Below, one piece after another: positions 10,827 to 21,140 of a DNA stretch of 64,000 bases. Position numbers and translations under genes: made by a program. This DNA is from an uncultured delta proteobacterium (GTDB taxonomy: Bacteria; Desulfobacterota; Zymogenia; Zymogenales; Zymogenaceae), in contig CAVTLK010000002.1 of NCBI GenBank assembly GCA_963735595.1, forward strand, positions 672,001 through 736,000. The letters are read 5' to 3'. The stretch's first letter is position 1, and every line of letters starts with the position of its first letter. The notes below the pieces were generated by a model. That model saw only the letters and a list, made by a program, of their open reading frames with translations. It searched no databases and had not been told where the DNA came from.

Positions 10827-11980
10827 ATCTTGTTCCTGATGAACCAGCCGGTTCTGATGGTAACGGCTCCCTCGGGGCAGATCTCCTGACAGCAGAAACA
10901 GCGGATGCAGGCACTATAGTCGATAGCCATGCGCCCCGGCGGCATCGCCGCGCGCCGCCTGGACGGCGGCGGCCCCGTGATGGCCCGGGCGGGGCAGATC
11001 TTCTCACACCGGCCGCACCGGGTGCAGATCTCGGGTATGATGACGGGCCGGGGAGTCAGGATGCGGCGGGCGATGCGTGACAGCGCCGCGGGCATGGCGG
11101 TGATGACGGGGCCGGTGGGCGGAAAGTGAAAACCGGTCACCGAGACGTCCTCGATTTGTTCACCCCGTACGGTTATGCGGGAAAGTTCGGTTATGCCGAG
11201 GCGCGCCTTCTTGGCCTCGACGAGGGTATAGAGGAGCGACGGATCAAGGCCCACGATCCCGCATGAAACGGCATCTATTGCGGAGGCGTCGGCGCCCGCG
11301 ATTATCAACCCCAGGTCCACCGGGTCGCCGCTCCCGGGGCCGTTGCCCTCCATGGCGGTAACGGCGTCCATGATGGAGAGGACGGGGGCCACCCGGTAGT
11401 GTAGGTCGACGAGCATCCGGGCGAAATGGGCGGGCTTATTGCCGACCCTGAGGTGCCACTGCGTCTTACGCACCCCCGGCACCAGCCCGAAGGTGTTTTT
11501 GACGGCCATGGTCATGACCATCTGGCCGTGGGTCTTGAGCTTGGGCAGGTTGATGATGGTGTCCACCTCGAGGGCGTCTTTCGCCACTTCGAAGGTCTTG
11601 AAGGCGGCGTCGGGGCTCCTAACGGTGGCCGGCTTCTCGCAAGCCAGCAGGGGAACGCCATATTTCTTCAGGACGGGACTAAAGCCCCCCTTTTCGGCGC
11701 AAGCCCTGGCCGATCCCAGGGCCGGGCTGTCGCCCACGAGGGGTGTTGCACCGGCCTCCAGCACGAGGCGTATGGCCGCCTCCAGCACGGCCGGATGGGT
11801 CAGCGCCGCGCGGTCGGGGGTCTTTGCCACCAGGAGATTGGGCTTTATCAGGACGCGGTCGTTTCTGGAGACGAACGCCCCGATCCCCCCGACGAGATCA
11901 ACGGCCTGTTTCACCCTTCCGTAGACCGTCTCGTTTTCATATCCGTCGCATCGGACGATCGAAACCGCTGCCGGTCGCAT
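10823..11980 (-). CDS. DUF362 domain protein with C-terminal 2x[4Fe-4S] ferredoxin
   Basis: VLIKPNLL, NLPKLKTH, MEGNGP, two CxxCxxCxxxCP motifs. Confidence 0.85.
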   Translation of the reverse strand: MRPAAVSIVRCDGYENETVYGRVKQAVDLVGGIGAFVSRNDRVLIKPNLLVAKTPDRAALTHPAVLEAAIRLVLEAGATPLVGDSPALGSARACAEKGGFSPVLKKYGVPLLACEKPATVRSPDAAFKTFEVAKDALEVDTIINLPKLKTHGQMVMTMAVKNTFGLVPGVRKTQWHLRVGNKPAHFARMLVDLHYRVAPVLSIMDAVTAMEGNGPGSGDPVDLGLIIAGADASAIDAVSCGIVGLDPSLLYTLVEAKKARLGITELSRITVRGEQIEDVSVTGFHFPPTGPVITAMPAALSRIARRILTPRPVIIPEICTRCGRCEKICPARAITGPPPSRRRAAMPPGRMAIDYSACIRCFCCQEICPEGAVTIRTGWFIRNKI

Positions 11981-12037
11981 ATATGATCCTCCTACGGTGA
12001 CACCGCACCGGGCGCGCGGAGGCCGGTGCGGGAAAAA

Positions 12038-12910
12038 CTACATCAGGTAGACAAGCACCACGCCCGCCGTCATCAGGGCCGCCCCAACGAAGCGGGCCCT
12101 GAAATGAGGCTCATCGAATAGGATTCTCCCGAACAATACCCCGAACAGCAGGCTCGTCCGTTTGACGGCTACCATGGAGGCCGCCTCGACCAGGCGTATC
12201 GCAAAGAAGTGCGTGACGACGTTTACCGCGCCGACAAGACCCAGAAGGACAATGATACCCCAACTGCGGCGGATTCTGCCGGCCGACTCCTGCCGTGAAG
12301 GCCCGAGCCAGAAGACTATCGGGGTCATCGCGATCGTGAGAAGCGCCGTGTAGGACACCCCAAAAAAGAGGGGATTGCTCAAAACAACCGCCTTCTTGCC
12401 GAGGGTGCCCGTGACGCCGTAGATCAGGGCAACGATGATCATCAGCAGGGAACCCTTCTCCCTTGAAATCGAGAGTATGGGCTGAAGGACCCCGTCCCTG
12501 ATCGTGTGGATATTGATGAGATAGGCCCCGGCCGCTATCAGGACGACCCCGATGATCTGGGCGGGCCTCAGCGTTTCGTCCAGGAAGAGATAGCCCGTCA
12601 GGATCATGACGATGGGTGTCAGCGAGAGGAACGGGAGCGTTACGTTGAGGGGGGAAATCCTGATCGCCTTCATATAAAGGACCAGGGCAAACACGTCCAG
12701 CGGAACCAGGACGCCCGTGACCAGCCAGAACTCGCCGGAGAGGGGCGGGATCGTGACAAAGGGCAGGCAGAACAGGAGGAACGGAATCGAAGAGGCCCAC
12801 CTCAGCCACGCGATGAGCAGGGTTCCGGTGGAGTCCGCGATCTTCTTGCTGAAGACGTCCTGCAGCGTCATCGCAAGGGCGGAGACCAGGGTAAGGATGA
12901 GCCACAGCAT
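12038..12910 (-). CDS. EamA/DMT family transporter
   Basis: About 10 TM helices in two repeats. Confidence 0.8.
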   Translation of the reverse strand: MLWLILTLVSALAMTLQDVFSKKIADSTGTLLIAWLRWASSIPFLLFCLPFVTIPPLSGEFWLVTGVLVPLDVFALVLYMKAIRISPLNVTLPFLSLTPIVMILTGYLFLDETLRPAQIIGVVLIAAGAYLINIHTIRDGVLQPILSISREKGSLLMIIVALIYGVTGTLGKKAVVLSNPLFFGVSYTALLTIAMTPIVFWLGPSRQESAGRIRRSWGIIVLLGLVGAVNVVTHFFAIRLVEAASMVAVKRTSLLFGVLFGRILFDEPHFRARFVGAALMTAGVVLVYLM

Positions 12911-12925
12911 CGATCGGTCGTGACC

Positions 12926-13237
12926 TCACGCGCGCTGTTTGTATTGGGACAGGCATTCCTGACTGCAGAAATAGAGGGTCCGGCCGCCCATGGTTTCCCT
13001 GATGGCGTCGCCCTTGGGAAGGTAGAGGCCGCAGACCGGGTCCTTTACCATCACGTCGATCACGGGCTCACCGTCAGCGCCCATGACGACCTCCTTTTTT
13101 CCGGCCTTTCTTTTAAAAGGGGAGAAGAGGAGGCTCAGGGCCCTCAGGAGAAACGAGGCCCCGAGAAGGGCAATAATAAAGACAATGGCCACAAACAGGA
13201 TGACGACAATAAAAAAAAACGCGAGAAGCGCCTGCAT
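12926..13237 (-). CDS. YHS/TRASH domain membrane protein
   Basis: N-terminal TM; DPVCG...YFCSQEC. Confidence 0.8.
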   Translation of the reverse strand: MQALLAFFFIVVILFVAIVFIIALLGASFLLRALSLLFSPFKRKAGKKEVVMGADGEPVIDVMVKDPVCGLYLPKGDAIRETMGGRTLYFCSQECLSQYKQRA

Positions 13238-13710
13238 ACTTTTTCACCCGTGCTGCCTGTCGGCAGCCCGGGGCCTATCTCATAGCGGAAAGCCTGGAAA
13301 CCGCTTTACGTCGCGGCCGCGACCCGATCCCCGTGAGCGGGTCTGAAGATTGTCCACATACATATCACGAAAACCGTGGTATGTAAAGAAGTTGTATTGC
13401 CCCGTGCCTACATTCGGCAATCAGGTGGGCGGGCCACGTGCAGAGGCGGGAACGCGATATTTTTCTGAAGGGCAGGAATAGTCCGCCGCAGACAGTCGCA
13501 TAGGACGGCCGAAAAATAGTACTTGCAATTTGGCAAGAAATAATATAACATTTATCAAGATAGGGGGCGGGAACGCGGACCGTCGTAATAAAAAGGACGA
13601 ATATGCGACGCGTATCCGGTTATCGTGGGTTATTGTGATATTTAAGTTGTGCGGGTTGCCCCGTATGGGGCGTGAGTTATAATAAACAGTATCCTTTAAG
13701 GAGGTGTCTT

Positions 13711-13893
13711 ATGAAGCTCTCCGCACCGAAAAAGATTACGTGGTGGATCGGCCTGATCCTTTTGATCGTCGGCGCGATCCTGGTGATCCTTCCCCTGCTG
13801 GGCGTGGCACTCCCGTTCGTCGGGGCAGGAGTATGGCTGCTCCTGATCTCCGCGCTCCTGTATGCCATCGCGACATCGATGAAGGGAATATGA
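13711..13893 (+). CDS. Small two-TM membrane protein
   Basis: AGGAGG RBS, MKLSAPKKITWW, hydrophobic; hairpin terminator near 13950-13978. Confidence 0.7.
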   Translation: MKLSAPKKITWWIGLILLIVGAILVILPLLGVALPFVGAGVWLLLISALLYAIATSMKGI

Positions 13894-14035
13894 CACTGAT
13901 CTGAGGATTGTATTCGTCTTCTTAGCATTTCAGAATACGATTGTTTGACAGGGGGGCGATCAGCCCCCCGATCTTTTTACAGGAATTGACAGGGGCCGCA
14001 TAAATACTCCGCCGATTATACAAGGAACCGATACC

Positions 14036-14482
14036 GTGACGTACGACCAGATCAAGAAGAACCTCGCCCCCTGCGGGCTCAACTGCGTCAAATGCATGGC
14101 GTACGCCGAAGGCGACATCAGGCGCCACTCCACTGAACTCAGGGGTCTTCTCGGCGACTTCGATAGTTACGCCGAACGCTTCTCGAGATTCGCCCCCGCC
14201 TTTTCCAACTACCCCGCCTTCAAGGAACTGCTGGCCCATTTTAGTGCCGGCTCCTGCCGGGGCTGCCGGTCGGGCGACTGCGCGTATCCCAACTGCGGTG
14301 TCAGCCCCTGTTCCCGCGAAAAGGGCGTCGATTTTTGTTTCCAGTGCGGCGAGTTTCCGTGCGATAGGAGCAACTTCGACCCGAACCTGAAGGTCCGCTG
14401 GATCGAGATGAACACGCGCATGAAGGAGATCGGCGTCGAGGCCTACTGGGAAGAGACGAAAGACCAGCCGCGATACCGGTAG
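14036..14482 (+). CDS. DUF3795-like Cys-rich protein
   Basis: APCGLNCxxC ... CxGC ... C ... FCFQCGEFPC. Confidence 0.75.
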   Translation: MTYDQIKKNLAPCGLNCVKCMAYAEGDIRRHSTELRGLLGDFDSYAERFSRFAPAFSNYPAFKELLAHFSAGSCRGCRSGDCAYPNCGVSPCSREKGVDFCFQCGEFPCDRSNFDPNLKVRWIEMNTRMKEIGVEAYWEETKDQPRYR

Positions 14483-14680
14483 TAATCCGCGGGCCGGTGC
14501 GGACCGTAATTCTACTCGCGCGCCCCCTTCCACCCGAAATCCCGTTACGACGGACGCTGTTGCCTTTATCGAGTGAAAACGCCGTATACTCCCCCCCATA
14601 AATACTCGCCTGTGTTCAAATAAGACCGAAATAAGGCCGGGAAATTAAGAATTTCCTTGACTTCGGCACGGAATATAGGT

Positions 14681-14713
14681 AAATAAATAATTAGTCCATT
14701 AACTTATTTATTA
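14681..14713. promoter_or_regulatory. Inverted repeat, putative TetR operator
   Basis: AATAAATAA-N13-TTATTTATT just upstream of the tetR ATG, after a TTGACT promoter. Confidence 0.5.
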
Positions 14714-14720
14714 TCCTGCC

Positions 14721-15339
14721 ATGTCACGTACTACCGAAATAACCACAGAAGCCATCCTGGACGCCGCCATTACCCAGTTTTCCCGTTACGGCTTCAAGAA
14801 GACGAGGCTTTCGGACATCGCGGCGGCCCTCGATATCTCGGCGGCGGCGCTCTTCCGCTATTTTACCGATAAGCGCGCCCTGTACGATGCGGCGGCAAAC
14901 CGGGGTTTGAGTCGCTGGCAGGAGGCGGCCTTTTCCGTCGCTACCCGCCACGGCGACCCTATTGCGGCCCTCACGGCGCTTGCCCGGGCCAGCTTCGATT
15001 ACCTCTCGGACGACCCGGAGTTTGCGGCCATGCTTAAGAACGATCCGGGGATATTCCCGCTTTTTTCGGGTGACCATTTCGAGGCGATCAACGACGCGTC
15101 CAAAGCGATGATCCGCCGCCTCATCGAGGAAGGGCAGCAAACGGGGGTTTTTCGCCCCGTCGATATTGACCGGGTGAGCCACCTCTTTTTTTCGGTCTAC
15201 AAGATGTTCATCGTCGGAAGCTACATCGAGACAGGACACCCAGACTTCGCGGGAGGCGTTCGACCAGTTCATCGATATCGCCGTGCGGGGGCTGTTAACC
15301 GAGAAGGGGGCCGAGGCATACAGCCGATTGGACAGATAA
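14721..15339 (+). CDS. TetR/AcrR family regulator (frameshift near 15245)
   Basis: N-terminal HTH ILDAA...F...GF.KT...DIA...YF.DK. Confidence 0.8.
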
Positions 15340-15457
15340 TCCCCGGCCCTTATCGGGCCGTATCCGTGGTGCTGACTGCCGCGGGCAATGGACAATCCGC
15401 CCGTGCAACCTATAGGCAAGAGGATTTATTATAAGTCAAACGGAAGGAGGAATCGCC

Positions 15458-16667
15458 ATGATGGTCTACATCAATTTCCCGCAACGGATCAAGAAGATCC
15501 AGGAAGAGCTGGCGGCAAAGGGCGTGGACGTCCTGGTCGGCACGCGGCTCAAAACCATCACCCACTGGTCGGGCGGGTTCGTCCCGTGGCGCAGCGCGCT
15601 GATCATCCCGGCCAAGGGAGAGCCGACCCTGATCACCCCGCTTCTGGACTCCGGCCGCCTTGCCAGCGAGAGCTGGATAACCGACGTGTCGGGTTACGGG
15701 GCGCTGCCGGGTATCGACTTTTTCGACGTGATCAAGATGAAGATCGCCGACATCGCCACCGACGGCGGCACCATCGGTATCGAGGACGGCACCACCAATT
15801 ACCTGCCCGAGGGATTCATCACCAACCACGAGTACCAGACCCTGAAGGCCATGTTCCCCAAGGCGGAGCTGGTCAACTGCGCGGACATTACCGACCGGCT
15901 CTGCATCATCAAGGAGCCGGCCGAGATCAAGCTGATGCGGCAGGCCACCGCCATCGTTGACAAGGCCCACGAGGCGGTCAGGCAGAATCTGCGCCATCGG
16001 GATGAGCGAAAAGCAGATCGCCGGCATTGCCGAGAAGGTGATGCGGGACGCCGGCAGCGAGTTTGCCTGGACGTTCACCGGCGGCCAGGAGATCGCCACG
16101 GGCGAGCGGACCTGGTGGCCGCTGGGCGGCTGCACGCCGGCAACCGACCGCCTTGTTCAGCTCGGGGAGCCGGTGCTGGTGGACCTGCACGGGATGTACG
16201 GCCTCTTTTTGGGGGACGTCTCCCACAACTATATCATGGGCAGGCCCACCAAGGAGCAGCGGGAGACGATGACCGCCTACACCGAGACGGCCTATAAAGT
16301 CATCGATGAGATGAAGCCGGGTAAATCCCTCAAGGAGGTCACGCTGACCGTCCACGAGTTCGTGGCCAAGAACAACTGGAGCGCCTGGGTGCTGCCGGGC
16401 TACGGCCACGGGATCGGGCACCTGGGCAACGAATGGTACCCCTGCGTAGCGGACACTCCGTCTCCCGGCAACAACGAACCGGACTTCATCCTGGAGCCGG
16501 GGTACATGCAGATGATTGCGGTCGTCTGCAACCGGCCGGGCGCGGCGGGGTTCCGGCTGGAACGGCCGCTGGTGATCACCGAGACCGGAAACGAGGTGCT
16601 CAGTAAACTCCCCATCGAGCCGGGGGTCATCGAGTGCGACACGGGGATGGTGTTTCGGGACAGATAG
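15458..16667 (+). CDS. M24 (Xaa-Pro peptidase/creatinase) family protein (frameshift near 15990)
   Basis: Creatinase_N domain, IKEPAEI..MR.A, GHGIG, GFRLE split over two ORFs. Confidence 0.8.
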
Positions 16668-16752
16668 CAGGACACGAATCACGATTCATAGGGCGCCCAC
16701 CGGGCGCCCTTTTCATTTGCAGGACCTACTTCTCGGCAGTAGCTTTCGTCTC

Positions 16753-16869
16753 GTCATTGCGAGGAGCGAAGCGACGCGGCAATCTCGGACGCGATAAGTA
16801 CCGATAAACATGTTAGTATTTAGATCAGTGTCCGAGATCGCCACGGGCCTTTCGGGCCCTCGCGATGAC
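16753..16869. repeat. Palindromic REP/MITE-like element copy 1
   Basis: GTCATTGCGAG...GCAATCTC ... GAGATCGC...CTCGCGATGAC; homologous to 23660-23785. Confidence 0.75.
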
Positions 16870-16939
16870 ACTCCTTCAGAATCTATACTTTGTCAATACA
16901 CTGGGGCACGACCTGTCGTGACTCGTCCTTCTAAATACA

Positions 16940-16968
16940 TTGACTCTTTTTTTAACTTCACATATAAT
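16940..16968 (+). promoter_or_regulatory. sigma70 promoter of tRNA-Sec
   Basis: TTGACT-17-TATAAT. Confidence 0.75.
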
Positions 16969-16974
16969 GTTTTC

Positions 16975-17072
16975 GGAAGTGGATAGGTCACTGGTGGGCC
17001 TCCCGGACTTCAAATCCGGTGATGGGCGCTAATAACGTCCATGGTGGGTTCGATTCCCATGCACTTCCGCCA
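16975..17072 (+). tRNA. selC: tRNA-Sec (anticodon UCA)
   Basis: GGAAGTG...CACTTCC-GCCA acceptor, CCGGA-CTTCAAA-TCCGG anticodon arm, long variable arm, GGTTCGATTCC. Confidence 0.93.
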
Positions 17073-17140
17073 GCTCATTATACTATCGGCGGGTATTCGA
17101 ATACGGGGCAGGCCCGTGTTGCTCCGCCCAAAGGAAGGAA

Positions 17141-17326
17141 ATGTTCGGATTGGGTGCTACAGAAATTATTCTCATCCTCGTCATCGTCCTGCTGATCTTC
17201 GGGGCAAACAGGCTCCCGCAGCTCGGCGCAGGCGTCGGTAAGGGGATCAGGAATTTCAAGAAATCGCTCAAGGGCGAAGACGAGATCGACATCTCCCCCA
17301 CGAATAAAGAAAAGATCGGTAAGTAA
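17141..17326 (+). CDS. tatA: Twin-arginine translocase TatA/E
   Basis: MFGLG..E....L...FGA..LP.LG...GKGI.NFKK. Confidence 0.92.
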   Translation: MFGLGATEIILILVIVLLIFGANRLPQLGAGVGKGIRNFKKSLKGEDEIDISPTNKEKIGK

Positions 17327-17329
17327 CGA

Positions 17330-18169
17330 TCAGACTGCCTGCCGCCGGGAAAGCAGCCGGCGCGCGGTGGTCATGATAACGTCGTGGAGCGTCGAGTCGG
17401 CGGCGATCTCGGAAAGATCCTGTTGTTTCAGGAACAGCATGAGGCCCAGGGCGATCGGGACCGGCGCGTAGGGATTGCGGACGATGGCGGTCTTGACGTC
17501 GTACGAGGATACCCAGCGGTCGTTCCGGTAGATGGTGATGAGCACCTGTTCATGGTTGGGCCGTCGGGACGCCATCTTGAGGACATCCGGCCCGGTCAGC
17601 GACGGGTTTTCGAGGATATTCCTGACCACCAGGGGGTTCGTGTCATATAAAAGCCGATCCAGTCGGTCCTTCGTATGGGTGCGGGCAAGGCTCCGCTTCT
17701 CGCCGAGCGTCAGATAGTCCAAATCTCTTCCCTCAACAAAATCATATTCACCGTATGGTATCTTCTTGGGTGACGGCGCCATGAAGATATGCGCGGTTGT
17801 CGCGTATCCCTTGCTGATCGACCGGTGGTAGAGGGCCAACAGCCGCATCTGCGGCATTCCCGAAAGACTGAATATATCCACGCACGACAGGATGAATTGC
17901 GCCCGGTCGATATCGCCCGGCTTGGCCCGCGTAAAGACATCGTTGACGATATCGGTCAGGAGATCATCGGGCAGAGGGAGCAGCTTTTCGGAAAGCCTCA
18001 TGGTCCGCATCGTTCGCTCGGGTATCACGGCGTGGCTTGCGACAAGCCGGTCGGCATACCGGCCGGTCTTTGAGGGGATAAGGGCCTTGAGGAGGGAGAC
18101 GAGGCGATCGACGGGACGGCCCGCCGCGCCGGCGGAGCGGCCGTCCGGCGGATGAAGAAGGTCGGCCAT
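17330..18169 (-). CDS. Hypothetical protein with helical repeats (DUF2336-like C-terminus)
   Basis: D.NP.VV.NIL.NP and AIVRNPYAP repeats. Confidence 0.55.
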   Translation of the reverse strand: MADLLHPPDGRSAGAAGRPVDRLVSLLKALIPSKTGRYADRLVASHAVIPERTMRTMRLSEKLLPLPDDLLTDIVNDVFTRAKPGDIDRAQFILSCVDIFSLSGMPQMRLLALYHRSISKGYATTAHIFMAPSPKKIPYGEYDFVEGRDLDYLTLGEKRSLARTHTKDRLDRLLYDTNPLVVRNILENPSLTGPDVLKMASRRPNHEQVLITIYRNDRWVSSYDVKTAIVRNPYAPVPIALGLMLFLKQQDLSEIAADSTLHDVIMTTARRLLSRRQAV

Positions 18170-18333
18170 ATATTCTATCCTTGGGACTGGGCTGGGCACA
18201 CAGCCTATTAGTATCATAGCAGAAAACGGCCGCAGTGGCAATCCCGGTCAGGCCGCCGTATCGGCAAAAAGGTATTCCTTGACAACGAACTTATCGACAT
18301 CGTAGTATACGATTAAAGCAATGGGAAAAGACT

Positions 18334-20041
18334 ATGTGGCTATTTCCCGTCATCGTAACGGCAATGATACTGCCGGCGCTCGTCGCTCTCGTATTCTATC
18401 TGCTGACGCTTGCGCGCCAGATCGACGATCCCGAGATCAAGGCGCGACGCCGCTGGCGGATGATAAGCCGGGGAAACGCCGATCTGGATACTGGCGATTG
18501 TCGCCGGGCTCATCGCCGATCGCCGAGGCGCCGATACCGGGATTTGGCCCCGCGGCACGGGCCGCCGCCTCGATCTGTCTTTGTCGTCATTGCCTACTGC
18601 CCTCTCGTCACGGTTCTGGGAATTGTCGACAGGAAGATCAGGGGGATCGAGTACTCCCTGAGGGGATACCTCAAGTTTCAATTCGCGTTCTTCTTCTGCC
18701 GCTGGTCTGCCTTCCTGGTCGTCGTAGTGCTTACGTACGTTCCGCTTGGCTTTGTGGATCGGCAGGGAGAGGTTTCGTATCCGGGGATCGTCCTGACGGT
18801 TGCCGGCGCCGCCCTTTTTATCGCGGTCGTCCTATTCCAAATGCGGCTGATCGGCCGCGCCACCGGTATGCTGACAGCCGTCAACCCCGACCAGGAGCCG
18901 GCGCGAACCTTTGGCGGGCTGGCGGCCCGCGCGGGCGTGAACGGCGTGCGGGTATCGGTAATGGAGACGTCCGGATACCCCTTCTATAATGCCTTTGCCG
19001 CCCCCGGAAAGACTATCTATGTCACGCGGCCCCTCCTTTCCGCCCTGAACCGTGAAGAGCTTTCGGCGGTCGCCGCCCACGAGATCGGCCACCTGGTGAC
19101 GATGAAACAGAGGACCGCCCTTATGCTCACCCTTATGACGGCGGGTGTCGTTGCGCTGTGGTTTGTGATCTCCCGATTGGCCTGGATACTGTCTGATCTC
19201 AGCGCCTTTGTCGTCGAGATTGCGGCCGGAGTGATCTTCCTTGCCGTCGCGATCCTGCTGCTGGCCGCCGTGAGCCGAAAGTACGAAACCCGGGCGGACG
19301 CCACTGCGACGGAGCTCATGGGCGAGACCGAAGCGGTTATCGGTGCCCTTGAAAAGATATATGCCCTCAATATGATACCCCGGCGGTTTGACAAGAAGGG
19401 TTCGGAGAACGCCTCGCATCCGAGCCTCGAGCGGCGGATCGCACAATTGAAAGGGGAAAAGCTCCCCAAACCGAAAAAGAAGATCGGGGTGCTGCTGATC
19501 ATAATCATCTCAGTCCTGATTCTGGTGTGCCTGAGGCTGTTGTCGTATTATGGCGAGCGCTCGTTAGCGCCGGCCTATCCCGGCACTCCATACGGTTACA
19601 CGGTTGCCTCCCTCGAAGAGCGGCTCGCCGAAGACCCCAATGACTTCGAGGCGCTCAAGCGCCTGGCGATCGAATACTACTCCATTGAGGAAGACAAACG
19701 CGCCCTCGAGACCATCGACCGGGCCCTGGCCGTAAAAAGGGACCCGGGCCTTCTGACTGCTCAAGGGATTCATCCTGGAATGGGCGGGAGACGTGGGCGG
19801 CGCCCTTGCGGCTGTCGAAGACGCGTTGGGGGCCGGTGCCGGGCCCCAGGCGTTCCGCTGGGCGGCGGCCCTGGCCGTTGAACTCGGTGATATGAAGAAG
19901 GCGCAAGACTATCTCTCGGCCCTCCGGGCGATCTATCCGGAAGACCCGTATGCCGAAAAGATGCAGCGGTATCTTTCCGGGGACGGGGGAGAATACCCGT
20001 TTCCCGATTACACTATTGTTTTCCAGGGTACCGGCCGTTAG
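18334..20041 (+). CDS. M48 (HtpX-like) membrane metallopeptidase with C-terminal TPR; frameshifted
   Basis: NAFA, AVAAHEIGH, E..AD, SHPSLERRI; TPR-like tail continues in ORF 19793..20041. Confidence 0.8.
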
Positions 20042-20083
20042 CCGGGGAGGAGCGTTTACGATACACATCCGAGGGAGGAAACT

Positions 20084-20269
20084 ATGACCGAAAGTAAGGA
20101 CGGCCTCTACCTGATGATCGCAAAGGACATCATGGTGGCGTTTGCCGACAGGATGGAGTTCACCACGAAGAGCCCGGAGGGATACGCAGAAACGCTGGGG
20201 GCGATATTCAATATCCTGGCCCGAGAGATCAAAAAAGCCGATATAGACCTGAAACAGGTCAAAGAGTAG
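20084..20269 (+). CDS. Small hypothetical protein
   Basis: GGAGG RBS, 61 aa ORF. Confidence 0.55.
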   Translation: MTESKDGLYLMIAKDIMVAFADRMEFTTKSPEGYAETLGAIFNILAREIKKADIDLKQVKE

Positions 20270-20279
20270 CGGGGGAGCA

Positions 20280-20564
20280 TCACTCGGCCAGGCGCTTGAC
20301 AGACGCCCGGTCGACCCCCGATACCGAGATCCTCTTTTTCTTTGATTTTTCCCCGGCAACAATCGATACGCGGGAGGGGGCGACGTCAAGCGACCGGGCG
20401 ATGAGCTTGGTGACGGCCGCGTTGGCCTTCCCCTCGACGGGGGGGGCGTTCACCTCTACCCTGAGGATGCCGTTTTCCTCCCCGACGATCCGGGTCTTAC
20501 CCGATGAGGTCTTAACCGAAATGCCGAAAGATACGGCGCCGCCTTTTTCGGAGATCTCGATCAT
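20280..20564 (-). CDS. yggU: DUF167/YggU family protein
   Basis: APPVEGKAN...GEKSKKK. Confidence 0.85.
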   Translation of the reverse strand: MIEISEKGGAVSFGISVKTSSGKTRIVGEENGILRVEVNAPPVEGKANAAVTKLIARSLDVAPSRVSIVAGEKSKKKRISVSGVDRASVKRLAE

Positions 20565-20566
20565 GC

Positions 20567-20884
20567 TCAGAGCCCGAAGAAGCTGGTAACGCCCATATCG
20601 ACGGAGACGCGCATGAGGGTCGGGACGAGGAAATAGCGCAGGAAGATGAGAATAAGGATCACGATTACCGGCGAGATGTCAAGCCCGCCCATATAGGGGA
20701 GCCGGCGGCGGATGGGACCCAGGACCGGTTCGGTTGCCGCGGTCAGGAACCTGACGATGGGGTTATAGGGATCGGGACTTACCCAGGACAGGAGCGCCCG
20801 GATAACGATAATCCAGATGTAGGCGGTAATGGCGATATTCAGGACCATGGCCAGGGCGTAGATGAGATTTCCCAGAACGTACAT
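20567..20884 (-). CDS. yggT: YggT family membrane protein
   Basis: LSWVSPDPYNPIV...TEPVL.PIRR...GGLDISP. Confidence 0.9.
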   Translation of the reverse strand: MYVLGNLIYALAMVLNIAITAYIWIIVIRALLSWVSPDPYNPIVRFLTAATEPVLGPIRRRLPYMGGLDISPVIVILILIFLRYFLVPTLMRVSVDMGVTSFFGL

Positions 20885-21140
20885 ATCTCGGCGTACCTCC
20901 CCTTTTTGACGGTATCGTACCTATTTTAGCATCAATAATCAAGTCAAAAACTGTGTGACGAAGCGGCGGCACCGTGCGAGGCGCGCCGCCGGGAGCGGAC
21001 TTTTTTTCGCGGCCGCCCGAGTCCATTTATGATACAATAAAACGAGTACCCGGATTATGAGAGGGGCGCCCCCCGGCGGCCGTTCTATTACGAGCGGGAT
21101 TTCCGGCCTCTTGGGCGGTCCCCCTCTTCGGAGCGTTTAG

